Counted from the first letter of the stretch, positions 17,642 to 27,594 are shown. The stretch: DNA of 52,789 bases from Desulfobacterales bacterium (GCA_041559695.1 JBFFCW010000001.1:1-52789), one strand, 5' to 3'. Numbers and translations are program-made. The notes: generated by a model from the letters alone, not told the origin.

Positions 17642-19027
17642 ATGGCTTTCAAAGAGAAAGTGGGCGTGTTCGAAACTTATGATCGAGCACGCACCGGTCC
17701 CAGGGTCGATGAAAAGGAATGGGATCGAAAGATCACATTTCAAACGGCAAGCAAGTTAAAGGAAAAATACAAACTTAAATTCGACCGATCCAAGATCATC
17801 CCCACTGATACCGACATGATAGATCGATTATACCAGGCCGGTCTTGAAATGCTTGTGGAAATGGGTGTTTTTTGCATGGATACGGGTCGCGTCATCAAGT
17901 ACACTGAAGATGAAGTCCTGATGGCTGTTGCCGGAGCGCCTCATGAGCTTACGTTGGGTGAAGGTCGCGATGCGCGCCAGCTGGCAGGCAGAAGTTTCGA
18001 TGATCCCCGCCCACCCCTGAATCAAGGTGGTCCTACCGGGGCTCCTGTATCGGAAAACATTTTTATTCCCATGCATGAGGCCTACGCTAGAGAACCTTTG
18101 GTAGATGCCATCGTTAACGGGGTCTTGTCCACCATCAACGGCAGGGAGCCTAAGCCCGGTTCTCCATGGGAGATAGCCGCCGTCAAAGGAGAGGTCTCAA
18201 TGATCCGGATGGCGATGACGCGGGCCGGTCGTCCCGGCATGGCCATGTAGGGGAGCGAAACATCACTGACTGCCGCCGGTGTGGTGGCGGCTGATTTTCC
18301 TGGGGGCATGAGAGCCTGCGACAGCCACGAAGTGAGCCAATTAAACGAGCTTAAAATTGACATCAATGCGCTCACCTTCACGGCACATTACAGGTTAGCG
18401 GGCGACATCATCATGAGCGAGCAGATGCCAATCATTGGGGGCTGGGCCGGAGGGGTCGAGGAGACCTCTATCGTGAACGTCGCCACCCATTTGGCCGCTT
18501 TTATTATGGTCGGAGCGGACTGGCATTTGGACGGACCCATTCACGTACGCTGGGGCAACACCACGGCCAGGGAGCCGTTGATGGTTGCCGGCCATGCGTG
18601 TCGGGCTGTGGATCGCAATACGCACCTGTTGCTGGGAAATCAGTACTATACCTCCGCGGGACCTTGCACTGAAATGTGTCTGCTGGAAGCGGCGGCCCAG
18701 GCCATAACGGATACGGCCAGTGGCCGCGAGATCATGAGCGGATGCGCTTCGGCCAAAGGCGTGGCCCTGGATTATACCACCGCCATGGAAGCCCGGTTCA
18801 TGGCTTACGCAGCCAGAGCGGTGGCGGGAGTCGAAACTGAAAAGGTCAATGCGATGCTGGATAAGCTGGTGAGCATGTATGAGACCAAGTTCAAAGAGGC
18901 GCCCAAAGGCAAGACCTTTCAAGATTGCTACGATGTGAGCACCCTGACGCCTTCCGATGAGTATTTGAAGGTGTTTGATGGCGCGCTTAAAACCATGGAG
19001 AAAATCGGATTTAAATTTAAAATTTAG
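17642..19027 (+). CDS. mtmB: Monomethylamine:corrinoid methyltransferase MtmB with in-frame UAG (Pyl) at 18248-18250, codon 203
   Basis: ORFs 17642-18250 and 18281-19027 are in the same frame. AGRPGMAM-TAG-GSETSLTAAG..DSHEVSQLNELKID matches M. barkeri AGRPGMGV-Pyl-GPETSLSAQG..DSHEVSQLNELKID. The remainder is also colinear (GPCTEMCLLEAAAQAITDTASGREI). Confidence 0.9.
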
Positions 19028-19059
19028 AAAGATGGTGGTGCGCCGAGTTGAAGATTGAG

Positions 19060-19092
19060 TTTGTGCCGGAGATCTACATCCTCCGGCACAAA
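19060..19092 (+). terminator. Perfect 12-bp stem-loop after mtmB (terminator or processing hairpin; no clear U-tract)
   Basis: TTTGTGCCGGAG-atctacatc-CTCCGGCACAAA. Confidence 0.35.
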
Positions 19093-19143
19093 TAATCTCC
19101 TTGATCAATGAATTAAAAATCTGCTATCGACAAAGGACACAAA

Positions 19144-19458
19144 TTGGCCAAATGTAAAATCGAAGGTGGAATCTGCGGTTTTGTCACTACGGTTGAGGCA
19201 CATCCGGCGGGGAAGCGAAACATACGTCTGAAGATAACCAGCGATTGCCCCAATGTTAGTAAGCTGACAGAGGAATTTGTTGAGGTTGATCCGCTTGACG
19301 AGATAGCAAAAAGAGCCAATTCAACCAAAACATATGAGATGGCCAGCAAACATTGTCCCCATCCCGCCTGTATTGTTCCATCAGGGATAATAAAAGCAAT
19401 CGAGGTCGCAGCCGGTTTCGCATTACCGAAAAATGCCGTCATAAAAATAGAAAAGTAG
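19144..19458 (+). CDS. Small Cys-containing hypothetical protein (104 aa)
   Basis: Clean ORF with five Cys (CKIEGGIC, DCP, HCPHPAC). I do not recognise a family with confidence. Confidence 0.4.
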   Translation: MAKCKIEGGICGFVTTVEAHPAGKRNIRLKITSDCPNVSKLTEEFVEVDPLDEIAKRANSTKTYEMASKHCPHPACIVPSGIIKAIEVAAGFALPKNAVIKIEK

Positions 19459-19480
19459 TCAGCAATTGTATTTATAAAGT

Positions 19481-19531
19481 CCAAAATAGACCTTGATTAT
19501 TATCAACATCCTCCAATGTAATGATTGCAAT
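19481..19531 (+). promoter_or_regulatory. Conserved operator box, copy E (degenerate, 1-nt insertion), upstream of ABC importer 1
   Basis: CCAAAATAGACC-N12-AACATCCTCCAATGTAATGATTGCAAT. The distal 12-mer is identical to that of copy A. Confidence 0.45.
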
Positions 19532-19690
19532 TTCTTCAACATATGATTTCTCAGATCTATTTCTTAAAAATAAGTGACGAGTGATCATTTTTTGGCAAGA
19601 GAGGACATTAAATGGAGAGGTTTTTTTTGGGTAAGCCCTCTTTATTCATTGCTCCAATCAATCAATAATCTATATCAAGGAGGTGGCGTT

Positions 19691-20965
19691 ATGGGTATTA
19701 CAAGGAGAGACTTTTTAAAAGCCGCAGCCGCTGGCACCGTATTAACAGGAATTGGGCTGCCAGGGATTGCATTCGGAGCCAATAAAACGGTAAAAATCGG
19801 CTTTTTAGCACCCCTCACAGGGGAGGTTGCCGGATGGGGCCTCCCGGGGCTTTATGGATGTGAGATCTGGGCAGAGTGGGTCAATGCCGCCGGCGGGATC
19901 AAAATCGGCGGCGATAATTATATGGTAGAATTTGTCTCATTTGACAATGAGTACCTGCCGGATAAAGCCCTGCAGGGCGGCAAAAAACTGGTCACGGAAG
20001 AAGATGTCAAATTCGTCATGATGCTCGGGGGGTCTACCTGGCCGGGAGTGCAGAAGTTTTTCAGCCGCAAAAAGATGCTTTCCAGCACCCTGCTGCCCAG
20101 CGATTTAAACCCCGATTCCCCGTATCATCTGGCGCCCTGTGAAGTTCATCCGATCTATAACATTACCGGTGTGGAATGGTTGGCCGAAAAGTTCCCAAAA
20201 GCGAAAAGAGCTGTCATCTGCGCCCAGGACGACGAATTGGGGATTCCTTCAGTTGCAACCTACCGGGCAGCGTTTGAAGTGGCCGGAATCGAGGTCATCG
20301 GAGAAAACATCTTCGATATCGCAACGACCGACTTTGCCCCCATCGTGACATCGTTGCTGGCTGAAAAACCGGATATTTTCTGCTTTGATACGGCCTATAC
20401 CGACTATGTCAACCTGATTGCGGTACAGCTTTATGAGCAGGGATACAAAGGCAAGATGATATCCTGCACCCTGGATAACTACCCGGCCATCATCGATAAG
20501 ACCAGCAAGGAATTTTTAGAAGGCTTTATTTTCCAGTTTCCGGATTTCGATGACCCCGCGCTCAACCAACCGCACATCAGCTTCAAAAACCCCAATAAGT
20601 TCTTTCAAGAGTACAACAAAAAACATCCGGCATCATGGACGGCGGTTTCATACGAGTATGCCTCCATCATGGACCTGTGGAAAGCGGGGGCTGAGAAAGC
20701 CGGGAGCGTAGAGCCCATGGCGGTATTTGAGGCGATGAAAGGTATGAAGACATTGCCGCATATATTCGGCCCGGCACAGTGGTGGGGCAAAGAGCTTTGG
20801 GGCATCGATAATGCCCTGGTGGGCAATTGGCCCGTGGTAACCATTCAAAACGGCAGAGCCAGGATTGTGGAGTACAAAAATATCCCGCGGTGGTGGGCCA
20901 AGCACAAAGATGTCTATATCAAGCACATGGAGAAGCTGAACCAAATGTGGTATCAGCAAAAGTGA
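19691..20965 (+). CDS. Periplasmic substrate-binding protein, LIV/amide/urea (Peripla_BP_6-like) family, with Tat signal
   Basis: MGITRRDFLKAAAAG twin-arginine leader after the GGAGGTGG RBS. VKIGFLAPLTGEVAGWGLPG is typical of family-4 substrate-binding proteins. Paralogue of the 27782 gene. Confidence 0.8.
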   Translation: MGITRRDFLKAAAAGTVLTGIGLPGIAFGANKTVKIGFLAPLTGEVAGWGLPGLYGCEIWAEWVNAAGGIKIGGDNYMVEFVSFDNEYLPDKALQGGKKLVTEEDVKFVMMLGGSTWPGVQKFFSRKKMLSSTLLPSDLNPDSPYHLAPCEVHPIYNITGVEWLAEKFPKAKRAVICAQDDELGIPSVATYRAAFEVAGIEVIGENIFDIATTDFAPIVTSLLAEKPDIFCFDTAYTDYVNLIAVQLYEQGYKGKMISCTLDNYPAIIDKTSKEFLEGFIFQFPDFDDPALNQPHISFKNPNKFFQEYNKKHPASWTAVSYEYASIMDLWKAGAEKAGSVEPMAVFEAMKGMKTLPHIFGPAQWWGKELWGIDNALVGNWPVVTIQNGRARIVEYKNIPRWWAKHKDVYIKHMEKLNQMWYQQK

Positions 20966-21012
20966 TGAGACATCATCCATCGCTGGCATGCTGCAACCTG
21001 TAAATGACCAAT

Positions 21013-21041
21013 GGGATCCAGGCGCTCAGCGCCTTGATCCC
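21013..21041 (+). terminator. Attenuator or terminator hairpin between the substrate-binding protein gene and the permease genes
   Basis: GGGATCCAGGCGC-tca-GCGCCTTGATCCC (13-bp stem, 1 mismatch), followed by ATTTATT. Confidence 0.45.
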
Positions 21042-21068
21042 ATTTATTGAGGAAAGGGGGAAGACCGC

Positions 21069-21938
21069 TTGGAAGTCGTTTTGCAGACCTCTGTAAATGC
21101 CCTTGTGGCGTGCGGATTTTCTGCACTCATGGCCGTAGGGCTCGTCATGATTTTTGGTGTGATGGGGATCGTGAATTTTGCCCACGGAGAGCTTTTTATG
21201 GCCGGGTCGTACACGGTGTGGTATCTCTATTCCATATCCGGCTGGCCGTTTATTCTCGCGGTTTTGGGAGCGCTCGTTGTCGTCATGGTGATTGGCCTGT
21301 TGATGGAACGCGGACTTTTCCGTCCCATGCGCGATAATCCGCTTGGCGGGCTCATTAACTCCATCGGCGTATTATTCATTCTCCAGGTGCTGGCCGTCAA
21401 AATCGGCGGATTGGGTTTGATGAAACATGTTCCGCCGGCCTTCCCCGGAGTCTGGGAGATTGTTGAGGGCGTCATGCTTTCAAAACAACGGCTTGTGGCC
21501 CTAATCATGGCTTCGGTTCTATTGTTTCTGATTTGGTTGTTTCTTACCCGCACAAAACTCGGTTGGGCGCTGCGCGCTACTGCACAGGACAGGGAGGCGG
21601 CGGCGTTGCAAGGGATCAACATCAATCGAATTTCAATGATCGCAATGGCGATGGGCGCCGGTGCCGCCGGGGTAGCCGGTGCACTCATGGCCCCCCTGAC
21701 CCGTGTACAGCCCTATATGGGTCATACCGTCATCATTACCGCATTTATCGTGACCATCGTCGGTGGCCTTGGAAGCCTTTCGGGCGCCATCTTGGCGGCT
21801 GTCCTTTATGCGTTTTTTCATACCTTTGTGACCACTTATTATGGGGGCGTCATCGCTACGATATTAGGACTCTTAATCATGCTCGTTGTTCTCATTGTTA
21901 AACCAACCGGACTAATGGGAACCCAAACAACTGAGTAA
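21069..21938 (+). CDS. ABC permease, LivH type
   Basis: Polytopic membrane protein with FAHGELFMAG and AAALQGININ motifs. TTG start. Confidence 0.8.
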   Translation: MEVVLQTSVNALVACGFSALMAVGLVMIFGVMGIVNFAHGELFMAGSYTVWYLYSISGWPFILAVLGALVVVMVIGLLMERGLFRPMRDNPLGGLINSIGVLFILQVLAVKIGGLGLMKHVPPAFPGVWEIVEGVMLSKQRLVALIMASVLLFLIWLFLTRTKLGWALRATAQDREAAALQGININRISMIAMAMGAGAAGVAGALMAPLTRVQPYMGHTVIITAFIVTIVGGLGSLSGAILAAVLYAFFHTFVTTYYGGVIATILGLLIMLVVLIVKPTGLMGTQTTE

Positions 21939-22010
21939 TTTACGTCCCGAAAATTGTGCAACTTAGTGAAGTTAACGGAATTTATTGAGACGTGGTGCTT
22001 TCCACTCACA

Positions 22011-22159
22011 CATGGAATAATGGAATGATGGAAGATTGGAATGTTGATTTTAAAGGAATTTTTTGAATATTCGGATAATAGCAACTTGGGTGTCCATAAG
22101 AAAATAGCCAATGAACCCATATCCCGGTTTTCCAGAACCCAATATTCCAACATTCCAAT
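22011..22159. repeat. GGAAT-rich repeats and a 12-bp inverted repeat inside an unusual 259-bp livH-livM spacer
   Basis: GGAATAATGGAATGATGGAAGATTGGAATG at 22013 onward. ATTGGAATGTTG (22035-22046) and CAACATTCCAAT (22148-22159) form a perfect inverted repeat. Confidence 0.6.
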
Positions 22160-22197
22160 TGTGAGCGAAGCGAACTAGCTTGTAGTGAGCGTGAGTA

Positions 22198-23184
22198 ATG
22201 GCTAACAAACGAGTGTACAAAGCGTTGGGGTTGGTTGCACTGTTCGTCATCCTGGCAGTGCTTCCCTTCAAACTGAAATTCCATCAACAGGATTTTATGA
22301 TTTTCCTGTTGATAAATATCCTGGTGGTAGCCAGCTATCGCCTCATGACCCTCACCGGTGAATGGTCACTCATACATGTTGTCTTGATGGGTGTCGGTGG
22401 GTATTCCAGTGCGTTGTTGGCGAAAAATTTTGCCCTGTCTTTCTGGCTGACCATGCCTTTAGCGGGAATCATCTGCGCCCTGCTCGCTGTTCTCCTCAGC
22501 GTCCCCCTCTTTCGCATGAAGCAGTTCTATTTTCTGATTGGCTCGTTTGCGGCCGGAGAAGCGATCCGCCTGGCCTGGGTCTATTTCAAAGTGCCCTTTG
22601 GGGGGGCGAAAGGGATCAAGCACATCCCATCGCCGAAAATTGTGTTTCCGGGCCTCAAGGAGGCAATTGAGATCTGGGAGCCAATCCCTTACTATTTCCT
22701 GACACTCGCAATCGTGACGCTGTGCTTATGGGTTCTTTATCGCCTCGAATACTCGCGTATTGGGTTGACGCTGCATTCTGTTCACTGGCGCGATGCGCTC
22801 GCAGAGTCCGTTGGCGTCAACACCTGGCGATACAGAACCCTTGCGTTTGGCGTTGCTTCATTTTTCGCCGGTATCGCCGGGGCGCTGTTTGCGCACTATC
22901 TGGGGTCGCTCAATCCCGCCCAGTTTGGTGTGGGCCTGATGGTTTATGTGCTGATATGGGTGATTGTCGGCGGCACAGCGACGTTCTACGGCCCCATCAT
23001 TGGGGTAACGGTTTTATCGTTGGTCAATGAATGGTTCCGCGCCTTTGAGATATGGCGCCCGGCCATTTACGGCTGTATCTTGATTGCCTCCATCATGTTC
23101 CTGCCCGACGGATTGGAGAGCCTTCCCGCCAAATTACGAAGCGGTTTCAACCGCTTGCGCGGTAAGGAAAAAATGAATGCCTGA
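22198..23184 (+). CDS. ABC permease, LivM type
   Basis: Polytopic membrane protein. Paralogue of 30033-31034. Confidence 0.8.
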   Translation: MANKRVYKALGLVALFVILAVLPFKLKFHQQDFMIFLLINILVVASYRLMTLTGEWSLIHVVLMGVGGYSSALLAKNFALSFWLTMPLAGIICALLAVLLSVPLFRMKQFYFLIGSFAAGEAIRLAWVYFKVPFGGAKGIKHIPSPKIVFPGLKEAIEIWEPIPYYFLTLAIVTLCLWVLYRLEYSRIGLTLHSVHWRDALAESVGVNTWRYRTLAFGVASFFAGIAGALFAHYLGSLNPAQFGVGLMVYVLIWVIVGGTATFYGPIIGVTVLSLVNEWFRAFEIWRPAIYGCILIASIMFLPDGLESLPAKLRSGFNRLRGKEKMNA

Positions 23185-23352
23185 GCCACCGATAGGGGAA
23201 ATCAGAAGAAATCGGAGCAGGCAACGATACCATTGAGATTAAAATCCGGGTGACTGCTTCACAGACCACCGTAAGGATTGTTTAAGCGATGCGTTCTGAT
23301 TGAGGACAGACTTTTGCAATGTGTTTACGGTTAGGATGGGAGAAGACCGCCA

Positions 23353-24105
23353 ATGGCGTTACTTGAAGTCAACATGATGACCAAACGGTTCGGGGGCCTC
23401 GTTGCGTTAGACAATGTCAGCTTTAGCGTTGAAGAAGGGGAGCTTCGTGGGCTGATCGGTCCGAACGGCGCCGGCAAAAGTGTTATGTTTAAGACCATTT
23501 CCGGCTTTTATCAGCCTACCAAAGGCCAGATCCGATACCAGGGAGAAGACATCACCGGCCGGGGTGCAAGCACGATTGCGGAACGCGGATTGGTGCGCAC
23601 TTTCCAGGAGACCACCCTGTTTCAGGAATTTACGGTGTATGATAACGTCCTGGTCGGCTGCCACTTGCGCGCCCGTTCCAATTTTTTCTCCGCGCTTTTG
23701 CGCACGGATCGCGCCAAACAGAAAGCGGCAGCGGCCAAGACTCTCGAGGTTCTCGACTTTATGGGATTGCTGGACCGCCAAGATCAATTGGCCTTAAACC
23801 TCCCGCTGGGATCGCAGCGAGCGTTGGCGGTTGCCGTCGCATTGGCTGCCGAACCGAAGCTTTTGTTGTTGGACGAGCCGTTTGCCGGTATGAATCCGGA
23901 AGAAACCTCTCAAATGATGCTGATGGTTAAAAAAGTCCATGAGTCCGGTGTTACGATCATTTTGGTGGAACATGATATGAAGGCCGTGATGGGGATCTGC
24001 CAGAAGCTTATGGTGCTGAACTTTGGGCAGTTGCTGGCTGAAGGCTCACCGGAAGAGATTCGAGCCAATGAACAGGTAATTAAAGCTTACTTGGGATCTG
24101 CTTAA
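23353..24105 (+). CDS. ABC ATPase, LivG type
   Basis: Walker A GPNGAGKS, signature LPLGSQRAL and Walker B LLLLDEP. Confidence 0.85.
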   Translation: MALLEVNMMTKRFGGLVALDNVSFSVEEGELRGLIGPNGAGKSVMFKTISGFYQPTKGQIRYQGEDITGRGASTIAERGLVRTFQETTLFQEFTVYDNVLVGCHLRARSNFFSALLRTDRAKQKAAAAKTLEVLDFMGLLDRQDQLALNLPLGSQRALAVAVALAAEPKLLLLDEPFAGMNPEETSQMMLMVKKVHESGVTIILVEHDMKAVMGICQKLMVLNFGQLLAEGSPEEIRANEQVIKAYLGSA

Positions 24106-24106
24106 A

Positions 24107-24814
24107 ATGTTATTAACGCTAAGCGATATCGTTGTCCATTATCAAAAGGTAGCTGCGGTTCAGGGCATTTCGCTTGAACTTCAAGAAGGGCAGCTTGTCA
24201 CCATTATCGGTTCCAACGGTGCCGGAAAGAGCACGACGCTGCGGACAATTTCCGGTCTCGTCCGTCCGAGTGCCGGAGAGATTCTGTTTGACGGACAGCG
24301 CATCGACGGCCATTCACCGGACAAAGTTCTCAAGCTGGGTATCGCCCATGTCCCTGAAGGCCGACGGGTGTTCCCGGGTCTCACCGTATTGGAGAATCTT
24401 TACACCGGTGCATTTGTCCGATCCGATAAGGAGGAAATCCAAAGAGATTTGGAAATCGTTTTCGATCATTTTCCGGTGCTTAAGGCCCGCCGCAAACAGA
24501 TGGCAAAAACCATGAGTGGCGGTGAACAGCAAATGCTCGCCATTGGCAGGGCGCTGATGTCGCAACCGCGGCTCCTCATGTTGGATGAACCCTCTTTGGG
24601 GCTTGCGCCCCTTGTCGTCCAGGAGATCACTCAAATCCTTAGGGAAATTAACAAAGAAGGGGTTTCCGTGATTTTGGTTGAACAAAACGCGGAGCTCGCG
24701 CTGGATCTTGCACATTATGCTTATGTTCTGGAAACCGGGCGTATCGCTTTGCACGGAAAAGGAAGCGAGCTCAAGGATGATGAACACGTGCGCAAGGCCT
24801 ACCTCGGGATTTGA
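24107..24814 (+). CDS. ABC ATPase, LivF type
   Basis: GSNGAGKST, MSGGEQQMLAIGRAL and LLMLDEPS. Confidence 0.85.
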   Translation: MLLTLSDIVVHYQKVAAVQGISLELQEGQLVTIIGSNGAGKSTTLRTISGLVRPSAGEILFDGQRIDGHSPDKVLKLGIAHVPEGRRVFPGLTVLENLYTGAFVRSDKEEIQRDLEIVFDHFPVLKARRKQMAKTMSGGEQQMLAIGRALMSQPRLLMLDEPSLGLAPLVVQEITQILREINKEGVSVILVEQNAELALDLAHYAYVLETGRIALHGKGSELKDDEHVRKAYLGI

Positions 24815-24867
24815 CGGTTTGCCGTAAATTTGTCATTTGCCCATTGGTCGTTGATGATACATAACAC

Positions 24868-25653
24868 ATGACGAATGACAATAATATCCGAAAAGATGGG
24901 GCCAGCCCGGAGTTTTTATGGGTGCGGGCCACTGAAACGGCCAACTCAGAATTTGACAGCGGCCGGTTTAGCGATGCGGCCGAAAATTGGCGAAATGCCC
25001 TCCATATTGCTCGCGAGTTTGACGGCCGCGATCCACGCCTTGCTGGCAGCCTGAATAATCTGGCGATTGCCTTTCGAATCAACCATGACTTCGATAAGGC
25101 TGAGCGAATTTATCACAACGCATTGGAAAATTGGCAGTCAGCGGCAGACTGGGTCGACAGGATGCAGTTAAGGCAGCGAGCACGCAGCTCACTTTTTCAT
25201 CTCAGGCTGGAAAGCAAGCACCGTACGAAATACGATAAAATGGCGCGCAAAAACTATCAGAAGCTGCTTTCGGCAGGCCGGGCCGGCACGCTCAATAACC
25301 TGGCAGAACTATTTCAAAGTACAAACCGGTTTAAAGAAGCGGAACAGTTTTATCGTCAAGCGCTTCGTATCCGCACCGGTTCCATGGATGGGCAAGAAGG
25401 CGGAGTGGCAATAATTAACACGAATCTGGCCAGCCTATCCGACACAGTCAACAAACCGCCGCGAACAGCGCTTCGTGCCACGCACAAATCGAAGGAAACT
25501 GCCGGTTTCATTTCAAGGGCCGAACAGCAGGGCTGGATTGTGGACAAACCCGCTGAATTTACGGATGAGGGTAGATTAATGGCAGCGATTTTTTTGACCC
25601 ACCTTGTCAATCATACCGCTATAAAACCGCTGAGGTCAAAACCGAATCGTTAG
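24868..25653 (+). CDS. TPR-repeat protein
   Basis: Repeated NNLA..(F/Y)..A(E/L) motifs, for example LNNLAIAFRINHDFDKAERIYHNAL and LNNLAELFQSTNRFKEAEQFYRQAL. Confidence 0.55.
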   Translation: MTNDNNIRKDGASPEFLWVRATETANSEFDSGRFSDAAENWRNALHIAREFDGRDPRLAGSLNNLAIAFRINHDFDKAERIYHNALENWQSAADWVDRMQLRQRARSSLFHLRLESKHRTKYDKMARKNYQKLLSAGRAGTLNNLAELFQSTNRFKEAEQFYRQALRIRTGSMDGQEGGVAIINTNLASLSDTVNKPPRTALRATHKSKETAGFISRAEQQGWIVDKPAEFTDEGRLMAAIFLTHLVNHTAIKPLRSKPNR

Positions 25654-26153
25654 TCCTGTTGGCTCTTTCCAATAACAGATTCTTCAAACGCCTTGAAAAA
25701 TTTGTCCTTTTCCTTCCAATCGGGGCCAAAGCGCTGGTTAAAATAGTCACCGAACCGATTGAAAAGTTTTCGCCAGATGGGCTTTCCCTCTTCCAAAACC
25801 ACCTGTTCAAGAAAATCTGCAAGATCCGCCATCTTTTCTTTGGGCAGAAAAGATACGGCGCCAAGTTTTATGGATGTTTTCAGGGCTTCCGGCGTAAGCG
25901 CATGGGCAGTAAGCATCAAAGTTGGAAACCCTCTTTCCACGGACTTTTTCAGAAGTTCAAAACCGTTAACCCCCATGATATCCAGGATGACCACATCATA
26001 GGTATACATCGAGATGGATTCAAGCGCCGTATGATAATCCTGCGCTTTGTGGATGATGCACATGTCCAGCTCATCTGCGATTGCTTCGAGCACATCCGGC
26101 TCATCATCAACAACCAGGATGACCTTATCTTTTAGAAGGCTATCTGAGCTCAT
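25650..26153 (-). CDS. Single-domain response-regulator receiver with a conserved C-terminal extension of unknown function
   Basis: VILVVDDEPDVLE..DVVILDIMGVNGFELL..MLTAH, then GKPIWRKLFNRFGDYFNQRFGPDWKEKDKFFKAF. Close paralogue of 32730-33230. Confidence 0.75.
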   Translation of the reverse strand: MSSDSLLKDKVILVVDDEPDVLEAIADELDMCIIHKAQDYHTALESISMYTYDVVILDIMGVNGFELLKKSVERGFPTLMLTAHALTPEALKTSIKLGAVSFLPKEKMADLADFLEQVVLEEGKPIWRKLFNRFGDYFNQRFGPDWKEKDKFFKAFEESVIGKSQQD

Positions 26154-26398
26154 ACCTTGTCTACCCTCCTGTGTCAGATTTTTCGCAAATCACCGTTTTT
26201 TTCATAGCAAAAAGTGTCTGTTGGGTCAAAGGTATTTCAAGGGCAGCCTAACAGTTCAATTCAAAATTGACGCTTACCGTTGCAGCATCGATTATTGCGG
26301 CATATGCGCCATTTGTTTTAAATCCTTTACCCGTGCTCCTTTTTTTGTTATTTTTTTTGTTGTTTTACCGTGGTCAATGAAAATTGAGGAAAAAGCCC

Positions 26399-27421
26399 AT
26401 GCAGAAATCATCTGTAATCCCCCCCCCACAAACAAAGGTCATTGTTCTGGCGGGGTTTCTGGGAGCCGGCAAGACCACGCTTTTAAAAAGGATACTCTCC
26501 TGGGAGGCCGACCTGTCGGACACGGTGGTCATTGTCAACGAATTCGGAGCGGTGGGAATCGACGGATCGCTGCTTGCGGATGCCGGCTCGGATGTGGTGG
26601 AATTGACCAGCGGATGCGTCTGCTGCTCCCTGCAAGCGGACCTGAACCAGACCCTGAAAAAGATCAGGCAACAGTTCAATCCCGGGCGAATTTTCATAGA
26701 GGCTACGGGGGTTGCCGACCCGCTGGCGATCACGGAAGTTTTTCAGGATTTGGAATTGCATCAGCACATGGCAATGGACAAAATCATCACGGTCCTGGAC
26801 GCCGATTTCTGGGAGATGCGCGAATGCCTCGGAACGCTGTTTTTTCGTCAACTCCGGCACGCGGACCTGATCCTCTTGAATAAAATCGACACCGTAGACC
26901 CTGGCAGCGTTCCCCTTATTTTGAAAGAACTCCATGAAACCGCACCGGGCCCTCAGGTGATACCGACCATCCAATGCGGAATCGATCCCGAGAGTTTGGG
27001 GACGGTCGGTCGCCGGAAAGATTTCGGGCTTAAGCCGGATCGGTTTTTTCAGATGGTTACGCCGGCCCCCGGGCCCGATCGCCGGCCGGATCACAGTCGC
27101 TCACCCGCCCCGGGTTCGGCCGGGACACCCCCCGACGACGTTGCCGAGGAAAAATCACATTACGTTGCCTTTTCCTTTAGCCATTCGGCGCCCCTGAACG
27201 AAAATTGCTTCAAGCGATTCGCCGAAAATTTACCGTGGGAATTATTTCGTATGAAAGGCCCGGTCCGTTTTCACGACCGCACGGTGCTGGTAAACTATGT
27301 AGGCGGCAAGTGCGGGTGGGCGGATTGGAGCGGTGCACAAGAGACGCGTCTGGCGTTTGTGGGATGGAAAGTCGATGGCAAAGAAACCATCGGGAAGCTG
27401 GAAAACTGCATCGCCCCCTGA
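26399..27421 (+). CDS. CobW/COG0523-family G3E GTPase (metallochaperone-like)
   Basis: P-loop GFLGAGKTTLL and GCVCCSL metal-binding motif. GAGGA RBS before ATG 26399. There is a Pro-rich insert before the C-terminal domain. Confidence 0.8.
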   Translation: MQKSSVIPPPQTKVIVLAGFLGAGKTTLLKRILSWEADLSDTVVIVNEFGAVGIDGSLLADAGSDVVELTSGCVCCSLQADLNQTLKKIRQQFNPGRIFIEATGVADPLAITEVFQDLELHQHMAMDKIITVLDADFWEMRECLGTLFFRQLRHADLILLNKIDTVDPGSVPLILKELHETAPGPQVIPTIQCGIDPESLGTVGRRKDFGLKPDRFFQMVTPAPGPDRRPDHSRSPAPGSAGTPPDDVAEEKSHYVAFSFSHSAPLNENCFKRFAENLPWELFRMKGPVRFHDRTVLVNYVGGKCGWADWSGAQETRLAFVGWKVDGKETIGKLENCIAP

Positions 27422-27544
27422 TCGTCCTCGGTCCCATAAACGCTTCCTTAGAAATAATTTCAAAACGCGCCCTTTGAACCAGGCTCTCGGCCTGCGCGGA
27501 TGGGCTCGCGACAATTCTCAAGATATGCCCGTGCCGAAAAGTCC

Positions 27545-27594
27545 AAAAAATAGTCCCCCACGCTTAGAAAAATCGTCCAATGGACTATTGCATT
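27545..27594 (+). promoter_or_regulatory. Conserved operator/promoter box, copy C, upstream of ABC importer 2
   Basis: AAAAAATAGTCC-N12-AAAATCGTCCAATGGACTATTGCATT. TTGCAT, then 17 bp, then TATTTA (27611-27616). Confidence 0.6.

Noticed and set aside
18272-18291. A GC hairpin (GCCGCC-ggtgtggt-GGCGGC) lies ~20 nt after the mtmB UAG and could be a PYLIS-like element.
   Set aside because: The stem is short, comparable hairpins are not evident after the other three UAGs, and a dedicated Pyl insertion element is not generally required for UAG read-through.
8467-19027. I considered reading the TAG-split ORF pairs (8467-8799 with 8806-9885, 13942-14406 with 14452-15444, 17642-18250 with 18281-19027, and also 46625-46960 with 46961-48028) as pseudogenes or as separate small genes.
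   Set aside because: Each pair is in one frame with a single TAG and no other lesion. The TAG falls in the sequence context that surrounds pyrrolysine in MtbB, MttB and MtmB. pylB and pylSn are also present in the same window.
18395-19108. Long antisense ORFs overlap well-supported genes. Examples are 18395-19108, 8920-9744, 35994-36533, 41915-42565, 26047-26883, 11135-11716, 51-539 and 34373-34939.
   Set aside because: They lie entirely inside, and opposite to, genes with strong family-level similarity. Their translations are Arg/Gly/His/Pro-rich low-complexity strings typical of antisense frames, and they lack ribosome-binding sites.
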